Source: Candidatus Latescibacterota bacterium (GTDB lineage: Bacteria; Latescibacterota; UBA2968; UBA8231). From it: a DNA stretch of 64,000 bases. The position numbers were made by a program, and so were the translations under genes. The stretch spans positions 3,680,001 through 3,744,000 of the forward strand of contig CBDCDC010000002.1 of NCBI GenBank assembly GCA_965215195.1, written 5' to 3'. Positions within the stretch are counted from its first letter, which is position 1. The number at the start of each line of letters is the position of its first letter. Below the pieces are notes generated by a model. That model had not been told where the DNA came from, searched no databases, and worked only from the letters and a program-made list of their open reading frames with translations. Below are positions 47,765 through 57,143 of the stretch, one piece after another.

Positions 47765-48973
47765 TCAGCGCAAGAGGAGCATGGGGCGGTGCAGGTCTGC
47801 CGAATCCGTCCGCAGGCGGTAGATGTAGAGGCCGCTGGCTGCCGGTGCGCCGGTTGCCGACTGGCTATCCCAGTGGACCACGTGCCGTCCCGGGGGCGTA
47901 CTCGCCGCAAAGGGCGTGGCCACCTTTTGACCCACTAAGTTGAAGATGTCGATTTGGGCAAAGCGAGGTGCCCCTGCGGGGATGGTAAAAGGAATAGCAG
48001 TGCCGGCGTTAAAGGGATTGGGGTAGTTCGGCGCGAGGAAGAGTTCGTGCGGCAAAGCGAAGCCGGACGGCTCTGAGATGGACGTGGCAACGCCCTCCCA
48101 CTCTACTTGGCTTTCAGCGCACGAGCCTTCGGCGCAGGTCTCGAAGACGAGCGTGGTAGCCTGTTCGGCGTCGAAGAGCAGGTAGGTCTGGCCGCGCTCG
48201 TCGCTGGTGGTCGTCACCTGCTGAGAAGCGTCGGCCGAGATGCGGACGGCCTCGCCGTTGACCAACGCGTACGCCGGGCCTGCTCCAGAGTTGGTAATGT
48301 CCCAAGTAAAGGCCGCGCCAGCGCGGAAGTGCCCAGCCTGCAACAGGCGCGCCGACACGCGGATTTCGCCGGCGCTGCCATCGGCTACGCCGCCAGTGCC
48401 GGTCGCGGAAGGGGAGAGGGTTTGCCCGGCCGAGCGGAAGAAGATGCCCTCTGGCAAAGCCTGCCCCTCGGCATCGCAGTAATTGCGCAAAAACGCGACT
48501 TGGGGGCGGATGTTGTCGCGCTCGTTAAAAGAAGGCCCGAGCGACACCACGTCGAGGTAGATGTCTATGGGCGTGCTGGGGCGGATGGAGTCGGCCAAGG
48601 TGAACGCCATGTTCGCGAGATGGCCCTCGCCCGCTATCTCTGCGCCGCCGAGGGTCGCGATGCCCCATTGGGCGGTCTGGCCTTTTATTTGCGGTGGTCC
48701 TGGGGCGACAAAGGAATTGGCCCTCGCCGTCTCGCCTAGCGCACCCGCGATCGCGGCGATGGCGTCGGCCGGCTCCCAGCTAAACTCGAATTTGACTTGG
48801 CGCACGCCGCTCATGTTGCGCGCCGAGACGCTGAACTCCACGGTGCTATTGGCTGCAAGCCCACAGAAGGGACCTTCTTCGCCGATGAGGATTTCGGCGT
48901 CTGCGTTGGGGCCGGCGTCTGCGAGACAAGGCAACGCGGCGATGCCGAGGAAGGCTATATACCAGAGAAACAT
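47765..48973 (-). CDS. Secreted protein with cohesin/Ig-like N-domain and T9SS-A/FlgD-like C-terminal domain
   Basis: Signal peptide; LAPNYPNPFNAGTAIPF..IFNLVGQKVA..WDSQ..ASGLYIYRL..MLLLR. Confidence 0.8.
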   Translation of the reverse strand: MFLWYIAFLGIAALPCLADAGPNADAEILIGEEGPFCGLAANSTVEFSVSARNMSGVRQVKFEFSWEPADAIAAIAGALGETARANSFVAPGPPQIKGQTAQWGIATLGGAEIAGEGHLANMAFTLADSIRPSTPIDIYLDVVSLGPSFNERDNIRPQVAFLRNYCDAEGQALPEGIFFRSAGQTLSPSATGTGGVADGSAGEIRVSARLLQAGHFRAGAAFTWDITNSGAGPAYALVNGEAVRISADASQQVTTTSDERGQTYLLFDAEQATTLVFETCAEGSCAESQVEWEGVATSISEPSGFALPHELFLAPNYPNPFNAGTAIPFTIPAGAPRFAQIDIFNLVGQKVATPFAASTPPGRHVVHWDSQSATGAPAASGLYIYRLRTDSADLHRPMLLLR

Positions 48974-49100
48974 GCACTTTTCCCAAGAGATTAAGTTCAA
49001 AAAATACAGCGGATAAATGTACGCAACACCAATGTCTAGGCAAGCGCGTCAGCTCTGCCCTCTGCCTTGACCGAGTTTTGCCGCGTTTTATTATTGTCTG

Positions 49101-49195
49101 AGTGGTCAGTGATTAGCCCCTGCCCTCCACCTAGAAGCGGGCCGGTCACTAACCACTGTTCACTAACCACTAACCACTGCTCACTAACCACTAAC
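49101..49195. repeat. Heptamer tandem repeat (CACTAAC/CACTGYT)x7 with an inverted partial arm
   Basis: 49147-49195 reads CACTAAC CACTGTT CACTAAC CACTAAC CACTGCT CACTAAC CACTAAC. 49101-49116 (AGTGGTCAGTGATTAG) is the complementary orientation. Confidence 0.85.
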
Positions 49196-49199
49196 ACCT

Positions 49200-50879
49200 A
49201 TGCGCCGTTATCCGGTCTGGCATGTCGTCCGCGACGATCCGTACGATAGCTTAATTGATGCCCTGCTCGCCGGCCGCGGTCTGACCCGCGCCGAGCTGCA
49301 AGTCGGTCCCGAATCCTTGCATCCGCCCGAGCAAATGCAGGACATGCCAGCGGCGGTTGCGCGCCTAGAACGCGCCGTGCACACCCGCGAGAAGATAGTC
49401 GTGTACGGCGACTACGACGTCGATGGGGTTTGCAGCACCACAGTGCTCATGGATTTTCTCGAGCGCGTGGGGGCCGACTGCGACTGCCTCTTGCCCGATC
49501 GCCACAAGGACGGATACGGGCTCAAGCCGCCCGGGGTCGAGCGCGCCATAGCAAAGGGCGCATCTGTCATCGTCACGGTTGACAATGGCATTTCGGCCTA
49601 TGAGGCCCTAGCGCTGGCCGAGGCGCACGGCGTGGAGGTCGTCGTAGTCGATCACCACCAGCAGCTCGCCGAACTGCCGCGCGCCCTCGCCATCGTCAAC
49701 CCCAATCGCCGCGATTGTGCGTATCCCTTCAAGGACTTGGCCGGCGTCGGCGTCACCTTCAAGCTAGTGCAGGCTCTCAGCGAAGCTTTTCTCTGCGGCG
49801 AGGAGCGCCGCCGCTATCTCAACGAATTGCTCGACCTCGTGGCTTTGGGGACGGTGGCCGATCTCGTGCCCGTGCTGGGAGAGAATCGCCTGTTCATCCA
49901 GCGCGGCCTGCAGATTCTCCAGCGCACCAAGCGCCTCGGGCTGGGCGCGCTCAAGAGGGTGGCCAGCTACCGAGACCAGCCCCTCGATGCGGCTAGCTTG
50001 GGTTTTCGCTTGGGGCCGCGGATCAATGTCGCCGGCCGCTTGAAGACGCCCGATATAGCACTGCGGCTCTTGCGCTCCAAAAGCGAAGGCGAGGCCGCGC
50101 AGTTGGCCGACGAGCTCAACCGGCTCAACTCCCAGCGGCAGGTCTGGCAGCGCGATGGCATACGGGAAGTCGAGGAACAGGTCGGCGCGGAGGAGGACGT
50201 GGAGGACCGCATCATCGTGGTGCTAGGGGAGTGGAATGTGGGGATCGTCGGCCTGTTGGCCAGCAAGTTGTGCGAAAAATACGCCCGCCCGGCTGTCGTG
50301 TGTACCCAAGGCGGCGACCACGGCCTTTACGTAGGATCGGCTCGCAGCATCCCGTGCTACGACATCAGCGAGGGGATCCACGCCTGTGAAGAGCACTTGC
50401 AGACGCATGGCGGCCATCCGGCGGCCGCGGGTTTTTCGCTCGCAGCCAACGCCTTTGAGGGCTTTCGCCTCGCCCTGATCGGGCACGCCAACGCCCACAT
50501 TAGCGCCGAGGCCCTGCAACCTGTCTTGGACATCGACCTGATGCTCAAGCCGGCCGATTTGACGCTGGACACGGTGGAGCAGCTCGCCGCGCTAGAGCCT
50601 TTTGGCAACGGACATCGGCGTCCGGTTTTTGCCCTAGAGGACTGCCGGGTCGTTTGGGCGCGGCAAATTGGCACCGACGGCCGCCACTTTAAGGCCGAAT
50701 TGGAGGTGGGGGGCCGGCGCTGTACTGCGCTGTGGTGGAACCAAGAAGGACTCGCGGAAAAGGTGCGGCCGGGCGACCGGCTAAGCGCGGCTTTCGAGCT
50801 GGAAGCAGACACTTATACCGGCAACGGTGCCGTGCAGATGGTTATCAAGGATTTGCACTTGCGAGAGCCGGGGGCCTAG
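49200..50879 (+). CDS. recJ: Single-stranded-DNA-specific exonuclease RecJ
   Basis: YGDYDVDG, TVDNG, DHH, LGTVAD, GPRINVAGR, GSARS, GGHPAAAG, LEPFGNG. Confidence 0.96.
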   Translation: MRRYPVWHVVRDDPYDSLIDALLAGRGLTRAELQVGPESLHPPEQMQDMPAAVARLERAVHTREKIVVYGDYDVDGVCSTTVLMDFLERVGADCDCLLPDRHKDGYGLKPPGVERAIAKGASVIVTVDNGISAYEALALAEAHGVEVVVVDHHQQLAELPRALAIVNPNRRDCAYPFKDLAGVGVTFKLVQALSEAFLCGEERRRYLNELLDLVALGTVADLVPVLGENRLFIQRGLQILQRTKRLGLGALKRVASYRDQPLDAASLGFRLGPRINVAGRLKTPDIALRLLRSKSEGEAAQLADELNRLNSQRQVWQRDGIREVEEQVGAEEDVEDRIIVVLGEWNVGIVGLLASKLCEKYARPAVVCTQGGDHGLYVGSARSIPCYDISEGIHACEEHLQTHGGHPAAAGFSLAANAFEGFRLALIGHANAHISAEALQPVLDIDLMLKPADLTLDTVEQLAALEPFGNGHRRPVFALEDCRVVWARQIGTDGRHFKAELEVGGRRCTALWWNQEGLAEKVRPGDRLSAAFELEADTYTGNGAVQMVIKDLHLREPGA

Positions 50880-50922
50880 GGGTTTAGAGGGACGGTTTTC
50901 TGCGGAATTGGAGAATGCGAAC

Positions 50923-52131
50923 GTGATAAGTTCCCAATACACCAAGGAGTTGTGCATCCGGGACAGCGACGCCAAAATCGTCCTGTTGGTCGTCGATGGC
51001 TTGGGCGGGTTGCCCCATCCGGCGACTGGCAAGTCCGAGCTGGAGACGGCCCGGCTGCCCAACTTAGACGCCCTAGCTAAGGGAGGCACCTGCGGCCTAA
51101 TTTCGCCTTTGGGAGCAGGCTTTACCCCGGGCAGCGGCCCAGCCCACTTAGCCCTCTTTGGCTACGATCCTTGGCAGAACCAAATCGGTCGCGGTGCCCT
51201 TTCGGCCCTCGGCTTGGGGCTGGACTTCGCCCGCGGCGACGTGGCGGCGCGCCTCAATTTTTGCACGGTGGATGCTGCGGGCCGGGTGTGCGACCGCCGC
51301 GCCGGCCGCATCCCCACGGAAAAAGGCCGCCAGCTTTGCGAAGTGCTAAGAGCGATCACAGTGCCCGAGGTGGAGGTGCAGGTCGCGGCCGAGATGGAGT
51401 ACCGCGCCGGCGTGGTGTTTTGCGGCGCGGACTTGGGCGACCAAGTCTCGGATTCGGATCCGCAGGTGACGGGCGTGCCGCCCAAGCCCCTGACGGCGCT
51501 CGCGCCGGGTTCCGAACGCACGGTCGAAGTGGCCAGTGCTTTTCTGAAGCAAGCCGCCGCATTACTCGCTGACGAGCATCCGGCCAACATGGTGCTGCTG
51601 CGGGGATTTGGTCGCTATCCAGAGCTGGTGTCCATGGACGAGGCGTACGGGCTGAAAGCACTGGGCATTGCCGGGTATCCCATGTACCGCGGCGTGGCCG
51701 GGGCCGTGGGCATGGATGTCGAAGAGGTCGGCTGGGACCTCGCGTCCGAGTTCGCCTTGCTCAAAGGCCGCTACGCGGACTACGACTTTTTCTACGTCCA
51801 CGTAAAGAAGACCGACAGCGCGGGCGAGGACGGCGATTTCGCCTTGAAGGTGCGGCTGCTAGAGGAGTTAGATACCTACATTCCGCGGTTGCTCGCGCTG
51901 CAGCCCGAGGTGCTCATCGTCACCGGCGACCACTCAACTCCTGCGATTATGCGCAGCCACAGTTGGCACCCCGTGCCCACGGCTATAGCCAGCCCGTGGG
52001 CGTTGGCCGACGCGGCCGATGAATTTTCCGAACGCGGTTGCAGCGCCGGCAGCCTCGGAGTCGCGCCGGCGACCAGCTTGATGGCGCTCGCGTTGGCCCA
52101 CGCGCGCCGGCTCGACAAGTTCGGTGCTTGA
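50923..52131 (+). CDS. apgM: 2,3-bisphosphoglycerate-independent phosphoglycerate mutase (ApgM type)
   Basis: VVDGLGG; PGSGPAHLALFGYDP; DRRAGRI; HVKKTDSAGEDG; TGDHSTP..HSWHPVP. Confidence 0.92.
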   Translation: MISSQYTKELCIRDSDAKIVLLVVDGLGGLPHPATGKSELETARLPNLDALAKGGTCGLISPLGAGFTPGSGPAHLALFGYDPWQNQIGRGALSALGLGLDFARGDVAARLNFCTVDAAGRVCDRRAGRIPTEKGRQLCEVLRAITVPEVEVQVAAEMEYRAGVVFCGADLGDQVSDSDPQVTGVPPKPLTALAPGSERTVEVASAFLKQAAALLADEHPANMVLLRGFGRYPELVSMDEAYGLKALGIAGYPMYRGVAGAVGMDVEEVGWDLASEFALLKGRYADYDFFYVHVKKTDSAGEDGDFALKVRLLEELDTYIPRLLALQPEVLIVTGDHSTPAIMRSHSWHPVPTAIASPWALADAADEFSERGCSAGSLGVAPATSLMALALAHARRLDKFGA

Positions 52132-52981
52132 GATGATCACTCCCCTGCGCATTGCCCACCGCGGCGCATCCGGTCCGGGGCTAGCGCCCGAGAACACGTT
52201 GGCCGCTTGCGAAAAGGCCCTCCAGATCGGCGTCGATATCCTCGAAATCGACGTCCACGCCACCCGCGACGGCCAGATCGTGGTCTTGCACGACGCAGCG
52301 CTGGACCGGACGACCAACGGCACCGGGTTGGTCGCCGACCTCTTGGGCGAGGAAGTGCGCCAATTCGACGCTGGCCGCTGGTTTAGTGCTGATTTTGCCG
52401 GCGAGCGCGTACCCCTGCTCGAAGACGTGCTCGACTTAGCGCGCCACCAAGCCCTCGTGCTGATAGAGATCAAGGCCGACGGCATGGCCGAGCGCATCCT
52501 GCAGGTGATTGAGGCGGCGAATGCGGCGGAGCGCGTCGTAGTGCAAGCGTTCAATCCGCAAACCGTCCAGCGGCTCAACTTGCTTGCCCCGACCCTGCCT
52601 ACGGCCCTGTTGGTCGGCCAGTTGCCGACCACGCCATCGCGGGTACGCGCGCGCCGCCTCGTGCGCCAAGTGCTGCAAGTGGGGGCCAACGCGCTGGCGA
52701 TGTGGTACGCGGCGCTGACCCCGCCCTTCCTCGAAGAGATGCGCCAGCGGGGCATTGCGGTCTGGGCTTGGACCGTTGACGAGGATATTGCCATGCGCGA
52801 CTTGGCGATGATGGGGGTACAAGGGATCATCACCAATCAGCCAGACCGGCTCAATCAAGTGCTCGACGAACTGGTCGCCGACGGGCACCTGCGGCCGCCT
52901 TTGGGCCAGCGCGTCAAGCGCAGCCGCTGGGGCCGCCGCCGCCAATTGCGCAAGCTCCAAGCCGCCAAGCGGGGTCGCTGA
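52124..52981 (+). CDS. Glycerophosphodiester phosphodiesterase
   Basis: IAHRGASG..PENTLAA; EIDVHATRDG..HD; IEIK; WTVD; IITNQP. Confidence 0.94.
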   Translation: MLEMITPLRIAHRGASGPGLAPENTLAACEKALQIGVDILEIDVHATRDGQIVVLHDAALDRTTNGTGLVADLLGEEVRQFDAGRWFSADFAGERVPLLEDVLDLARHQALVLIEIKADGMAERILQVIEAANAAERVVVQAFNPQTVQRLNLLAPTLPTALLVGQLPTTPSRVRARRLVRQVLQVGANALAMWYAALTPPFLEEMRQRGIAVWAWTVDEDIAMRDLAMMGVQGIITNQPDRLNQVLDELVADGHLRPPLGQRVKRSRWGRRRQLRKLQAAKRGR

Positions 52982-53000
52982 GAAATTAGGGGAGTCGCAG

Positions 53001-53192
53001 ATGCTCTACACCTTGTTGGCCGTACTGCTGCTGGTCGCCGTGGTGCTGAAGTACTGGCAGCCCTTTGGCCAGCGGTGCCCTCAGTGCCAAGCCCGCCGCG
53101 AGGATGCGGAATACCCCTTGTGTCCAAATTGCGGGTGGATCTACGAAGTGCCCGGGGAAGAGCCGGACGACGAAGAAAAGGCGAAATTCTGA
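53001..53192 (+). CDS. Small membrane-anchored zinc-ribbon protein
   Basis: SD GGGGAG; TM helix; CPQC..CPNCG. Confidence 0.7.
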   Translation: MLYTLLAVLLLVAVVLKYWQPFGQRCPQCQARREDAEYPLCPNCGWIYEVPGEEPDDEEKAKF

Positions 53193-53226
53193 AGGACGCA
53201 GAGCCGCGCTGGTTGGGCCGTTAGGT

Positions 53227-53286
53227 CCTAGGATGGAGGGCGTCTCGCCCTCCACCATGCGAGGGCAAGATGCCCTCGCACCCAAG
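53227..53286. repeat. REP-like inverted doublet (REPIN-like)
   Basis: CCTAGGATGGAGGGCGTCTCGCCCTCC and GCGAGGGCAAGATGCCCTCGCACCCAAG. Each is a hairpin, and the two are imperfect inverted copies of one another. Confidence 0.65.
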
Positions 53287-53309
53287 CCATCCCGCGTCCT
53301 GATTTGCGC

Positions 53310-53339
53310 TTGACAATTCCCTGTACTTCCCTTTAGATT
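53310..53339 (+). promoter_or_regulatory. Sigma70-type promoter of the DUF4398-LDT cluster
   Basis: TTGACA-18-TAGATT, about 50 nt upstream of ATG 53390. Confidence 0.5.
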
Positions 53340-53389
53340 GTCTCTAATTATAGGGAAGCGCAGAACGTTCAAACTCAGGAAGGTGGACC

Positions 53390-54013
53390 ATGGAAATGCG
53401 GGCAATATCGCTATTTGTCGCCGTTGCGGTTTTGGCGGGCTGTGACGACCCCCCCACAGCCGAGCTAGAAACGGCCAAGCAAGCCCTTGACGCGGCCCGG
53501 GACGTCGGTGCCGAGCGCTTTGCCTCCGATGAGTACTCGGCCGCGCAGCGTGCGTACAGCGAAGCCGAAGCAACGACCAACAGCGAAGCCGAGCGCTTTT
53601 TCCTCCTCAAGGACTTTGAGCAGGCGCGAGCGCAAATCGCCGATGCTAAGACCAAAGCCATGCGGGCAGAGACGTCGGCACAAGCCGAAAAGAAACGCCA
53701 GAGGGAGTCGGCCGAAGCCGCGATTGCCGCCGCCCGCGACGCGGTCAGTGCCGCATATACCAGCCTAGAGGAAGCGCCGTCCGGCAAAGGCACGGAAGCC
53801 GATATTGAGGAATTGCGCGCCGAGTTGAGCACGGCCGAAGCCGATTTAGACGCGGCCGAAGCTGCGCTGAACAGCGAGAATTTCTCCGGTGCCGAGTCCC
53901 TCGCCGAAAACGCGGATCAGAAGGCTACCGAGGTCGCCGACGGCGTGATGGTGGCCGTGGATAAATACCACGAGTTGGTCGAAAAGATGCGCCCTTGGTA
54001 CGAGCGCATCTGA
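53390..54013 (+). CDS. DUF4398-like helical lipoprotein
   Basis: VLAGC lipobox; PPTAELETAKQALDAAR..GAERFASDEY; Ala-rich coiled coil. Confidence 0.8.
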   Translation: MEMRAISLFVAVAVLAGCDDPPTAELETAKQALDAARDVGAERFASDEYSAAQRAYSEAEATTNSEAERFFLLKDFEQARAQIADAKTKAMRAETSAQAEKKRQRESAEAAIAAARDAVSAAYTSLEEAPSGKGTEADIEELRAELSTAEADLDAAEAALNSENFSGAESLAENADQKATEVADGVMVAVDKYHELVEKMRPWYERI

Positions 54014-54023
54014 GCGTACGCCA

Positions 54024-54617
54024 TTGCAAGCCCCAACCACAGGCGGCCGGGAGTTGCTCCCGGCCGCCTTGTTTTTTTTCCTGTGGCTGTGGGGGCCGCC
54101 CGCCGCGTCTGCATCCGCGCTCGCGTTAGAACACCAGCAACTGGTGCAAGCTGTTGAGCACCACGACCTAGCTACTCCCTACATCGTCATCAATACCCAA
54201 GACAATCTAATCCTGCTCCGCGAGGGGGAGCAGGTGTTGCGCCAAGCTGCTTGTGCAACGGGCAGCGGCCGCAAGCTCGAAGGCACTAAGCGGTGGCATC
54301 GCTGGACTTTCGACACCCCCAAGGGCCGCTTCGCCATCCGCCGCAAAGTCGCCGACCCCCTGTGGACCCGGCCGACTTGGTTCTTCGTCGAAAGCGACGA
54401 GGAGATTCCCATTTTCGCCGAGGACCCGCGGCGGTTCCAGCGCGGGGTCTTGGGCGCGTACGCATTGTACTTCCTCGAGGATTTTATGATTCACGGGACG
54501 CTCTTTGAAATCAACTTGGGCAAGAGCATAACCCACGGCTGCGTACGGGTGGGCAACGAGGATCTGGAGTACCTGTACGAAGCCGTCGAAATCGGCTGGC
54601 CGGTCTTTATCTACTAA
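54024..54617 (+). CDS. L,D-transpeptidase (YkuD family)
   Basis: ATGSG..FDTPKGRF..P.W..G.LG.YAL..IHGT..THGCVR..LYEAVEIGWPVFIY. Confidence 0.92.
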   Translation: MQAPTTGGRELLPAALFFFLWLWGPPAASASALALEHQQLVQAVEHHDLATPYIVINTQDNLILLREGEQVLRQAACATGSGRKLEGTKRWHRWTFDTPKGRFAIRRKVADPLWTRPTWFFVESDEEIPIFAEDPRRFQRGVLGAYALYFLEDFMIHGTLFEINLGKSITHGCVRVGNEDLEYLYEAVEIGWPVFIY

Positions 54618-55135
54618 TGAAGCTCCTATCGTTGTTTTGGGCCGTTGCGTACGGCGCGAGCGCGGCGTCGGCTGCGGACTTGGCCTATGTCAACGCCGCG
54701 CTAAGGGCTTGGTTGCAGGCTATAGAAGCGGACGCGCCGTACTTGCTGGTAGATCGGGGCGCGGGCGCACTGCGGCTGATGCACGGGAAGGCACTTTTGC
54801 GGCGTGCTCCGCTCGCGGCCGACTCCCTTGGAGCGCGGCCGCCGGTGCAATCCTCGCTCGAGGCCCGGTTGCGCCGCTATCGACCCAGCAGCCCTTGGCG
54901 CGGCTTGGTGCCCAGCCCTTTCGACTGGGAACAGAATTTGGTCGCCGATGCCGCGGTTACCAGCGCCCTGTATTTTGCGAGCGGACTGCTGATCTACGCC
55001 CGACCGGCGTGGCACCGCCCAGACGCCATGGATCTGCAAATCGGGGCCGCTGATTTGCGCGCGCTGTACAATGCCTGCGGTCCAGGTACCGCGCTCGTCG
55101 TCCTGCCCGCCAATTGGAGAGAGGGGCCGCAGTAG
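54617..55135 (+). CDS. Exported protein, degenerate YkuD-like fold lacking catalytic His/Cys
   Basis: YLLVDRGAGALRLMHGKALLR and ALYFASGLLIY..LQIGAADLRALYNACGPGTALVVLP parallel the neighbouring LDT. Confidence 0.55.
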   Translation: MKLLSLFWAVAYGASAASAADLAYVNAALRAWLQAIEADAPYLLVDRGAGALRLMHGKALLRRAPLAADSLGARPPVQSSLEARLRRYRPSSPWRGLVPSPFDWEQNLVADAAVTSALYFASGLLIYARPAWHRPDAMDLQIGAADLRALYNACGPGTALVVLPANWREGPQ

Positions 55136-56418
55136 TGTTGCACTTTGGCGCGGCGGTCGTCGACATCACGCCGCCGGTCGGCATCCCAATGGGCGGGTAC
55201 TGGGGGCGGCGATCCGGGGCCACGCACATCCGCGACCGCCTCATGGCCAAGGCCCTCGTCTGCGGCCGCGATTCGGCGCGGGTTGCCCTTGTTGCCGTCG
55301 ATTTGGTGGGCTTGGACGCAGCCGTCGTGCGGGTGGTTCGGGAGCGGGTACGGTGCGCCACTGGCATCGAAGGCGCGGCCATCATGGTCTGCGCCTCCCA
55401 CACGCACGCCGGCCCGCTGACCTTCCCCTTCCGGGGCATGGGCCGCATCGACAGCCGCTACTTGCAGCAGGTCGCAGACGCCGTGCTCGAGGTGGTGGTA
55501 GCGGCGGCCGCCGACAGCCGACCGGGTCGCTTGTACTGTGCGCGTCCCGAGGTACAGATAGGCATCAACCGCCGCGAACCGCACCCGCAGGGCACGCGGA
55601 TCGGGCAAAATCCCGCTGGTCCGGTCGTGCCCTACGCATACGTACTGCGCTTTGTCGCTGCCGATGGCACCGGGGTCACGCTCTTCAGCTACGCCTGTCA
55701 TCCGGTGGTCTTGGGCCACGACAACCTCCAGATCAGCAGCGACTTTGCCGGTGCGGCGGTGCGCCATATCGAGGAGCAGACCGGCGATAAAGCACTCTTT
55801 ATCAACGGTGCCTGCGGCGATGTCAACCCGCGGATAACCGGCGGATCGTCTGCCGACGTCGAGGCGTTGGGGCAGGAGTTGGGTCGGGCCGTGCTGGCGG
55901 GGCGGGATGCGGCCGCGCCTTTGGAGGTTTCAGCGATAAGCTGGGCGCACGAGCGGTTGGACTTGCCGCTGCGGCCCCTGCGGCCGCGCTGGCGCGCTGA
56001 GGCCGAGAAACTCAAATGGCATCTGCGGGCGCGTTTGGCGCGGGGTGGCGAGGCTCCCAAAGCCCAGCTCGAATGGGCTGCGGCCATGCGCGAATGGGTG
56101 CGGGCTGGCGCGGGGCGCGTTCGGGTCCAGCCCTTTGAGATGCAGGCGTTGGCCTTCGGCGAACTGGTGCTCTTGGGCGTGGAAGGCGAGCTTTTTGCCC
56201 GCTATCAGCTCGACTTGGAGGCCGCGCATGGGCTAGCTGTCTTGTGTGGCTTTGCCAATGGCTGCATTGGCTACGTGCCCACGGCTGACGAGTACGCGCG
56301 CGGCGGCTACGAGATCGACCAAGCCTATAAATTTTATCCGAGTGTGCAGATGATCGCGCCGGCGAGCGAGTCGCTGATACGGCAGCGGGCCGCGGCGTTG
56401 ATAGCAAAGGTGCGCTAG
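55135..56418 (+). CDS. Neutral/alkaline ceramidase-like (Ceramidase_alk) hydrolase
   Basis: DITPP..MGGY..D.LMAKAL; ASHTHAGP; NRR; YACHP; SSDF.G; GACGDVNP; GYVPT..Y..GGYE. Confidence 0.88.
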   Translation: MLHFGAAVVDITPPVGIPMGGYWGRRSGATHIRDRLMAKALVCGRDSARVALVAVDLVGLDAAVVRVVRERVRCATGIEGAAIMVCASHTHAGPLTFPFRGMGRIDSRYLQQVADAVLEVVVAAAADSRPGRLYCARPEVQIGINRREPHPQGTRIGQNPAGPVVPYAYVLRFVAADGTGVTLFSYACHPVVLGHDNLQISSDFAGAAVRHIEEQTGDKALFINGACGDVNPRITGGSSADVEALGQELGRAVLAGRDAAAPLEVSAISWAHERLDLPLRPLRPRWRAEAEKLKWHLRARLARGGEAPKAQLEWAAAMREWVRAGAGRVRVQPFEMQALAFGELVLLGVEGELFARYQLDLEAAHGLAVLCGFANGCIGYVPTADEYARGGYEIDQAYKFYPSVQMIAPASESLIRQRAAALIAKVR

Positions 56419-56436
56419 CGTACAACAGGAGGAGTT

Positions 56437-57111
56437 ATGCGCGATCTAGAGGTGCTCTACGATCAAGTTCCGGCCACGCGGTGCGCTGGTACGGGCGATT
56501 GCTGCTGGCTCACGGACGAGGAGTTCGACAACTACTACGCCACCATGTTTCCGCTCTATCGGGCCGAATACTCCTACATCGTCGCTTATGTGGAGCGGCA
56601 CTTTTCCCCTCAGCGCCGCCAGGCATTGCTGAGCTTTACCGAGGAGCGGCCGCGGCGCTGCCCCTTTCTCGGGGCGGACCATGGCTGTACCATCTATCCG
56701 GTGCGCCCGCTGATCTGCCGCACGTACGGGGCGATGAATTCGGTCTCAATCGCCCGCCAAGCCCTCGCGCATCAGGGCGCTCTGCCGTCGGCGCAAATTC
56801 GCGCCTTTGTGCGGCGCGAGGCCGGCATGGTGTGTCCGCGGGTAGCGGTGCTGGAGCCGGAAAAGGTCGCGCGGCACGCCCGCATGCTCATCGAGGGGAC
56901 GTACGACCGCGAATTGGCGCGGCTCAGCACTGGGGTGGAGCTAGCGGACGCGGAGCGCAAACAGCTTTTCCAACGGCTCACTGGCCGGCAAGAGTGGCCG
57001 CTGCGCTGGTCTTGGGGGGGCTTTAATGCGCTGCGCTTTGCGCCGTTGGCGTGGCTGCGCCAGCACTGGGCCGCATATTGGAAAAAGGCCGAGCTAATCG
57101 ATGGTAAATGA
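56437..57111 (+). CDS. YkgJ family cysteine-cluster (CxxCxxCC) protein
   Basis: CAGTGDCC; CPFL..CTIYPVRPLICRTYG. Confidence 0.85.
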   Translation: MRDLEVLYDQVPATRCAGTGDCCWLTDEEFDNYYATMFPLYRAEYSYIVAYVERHFSPQRRQALLSFTEERPRRCPFLGADHGCTIYPVRPLICRTYGAMNSVSIARQALAHQGALPSAQIRAFVRREAGMVCPRVAVLEPEKVARHARMLIEGTYDRELARLSTGVELADAERKQLFQRLTGRQEWPLRWSWGGFNALRFAPLAWLRQHWAAYWKKAELIDGK

Positions 57112-57143
57112 CGCCAGCATTGGCGTCGCAAGGAGAGTGCATC

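Noticed and set aside
49147-49195. Possible CRISPR array
   Set aside because: The units are contiguous 7-mers with no unique spacers, and there are no cas genes in the window.
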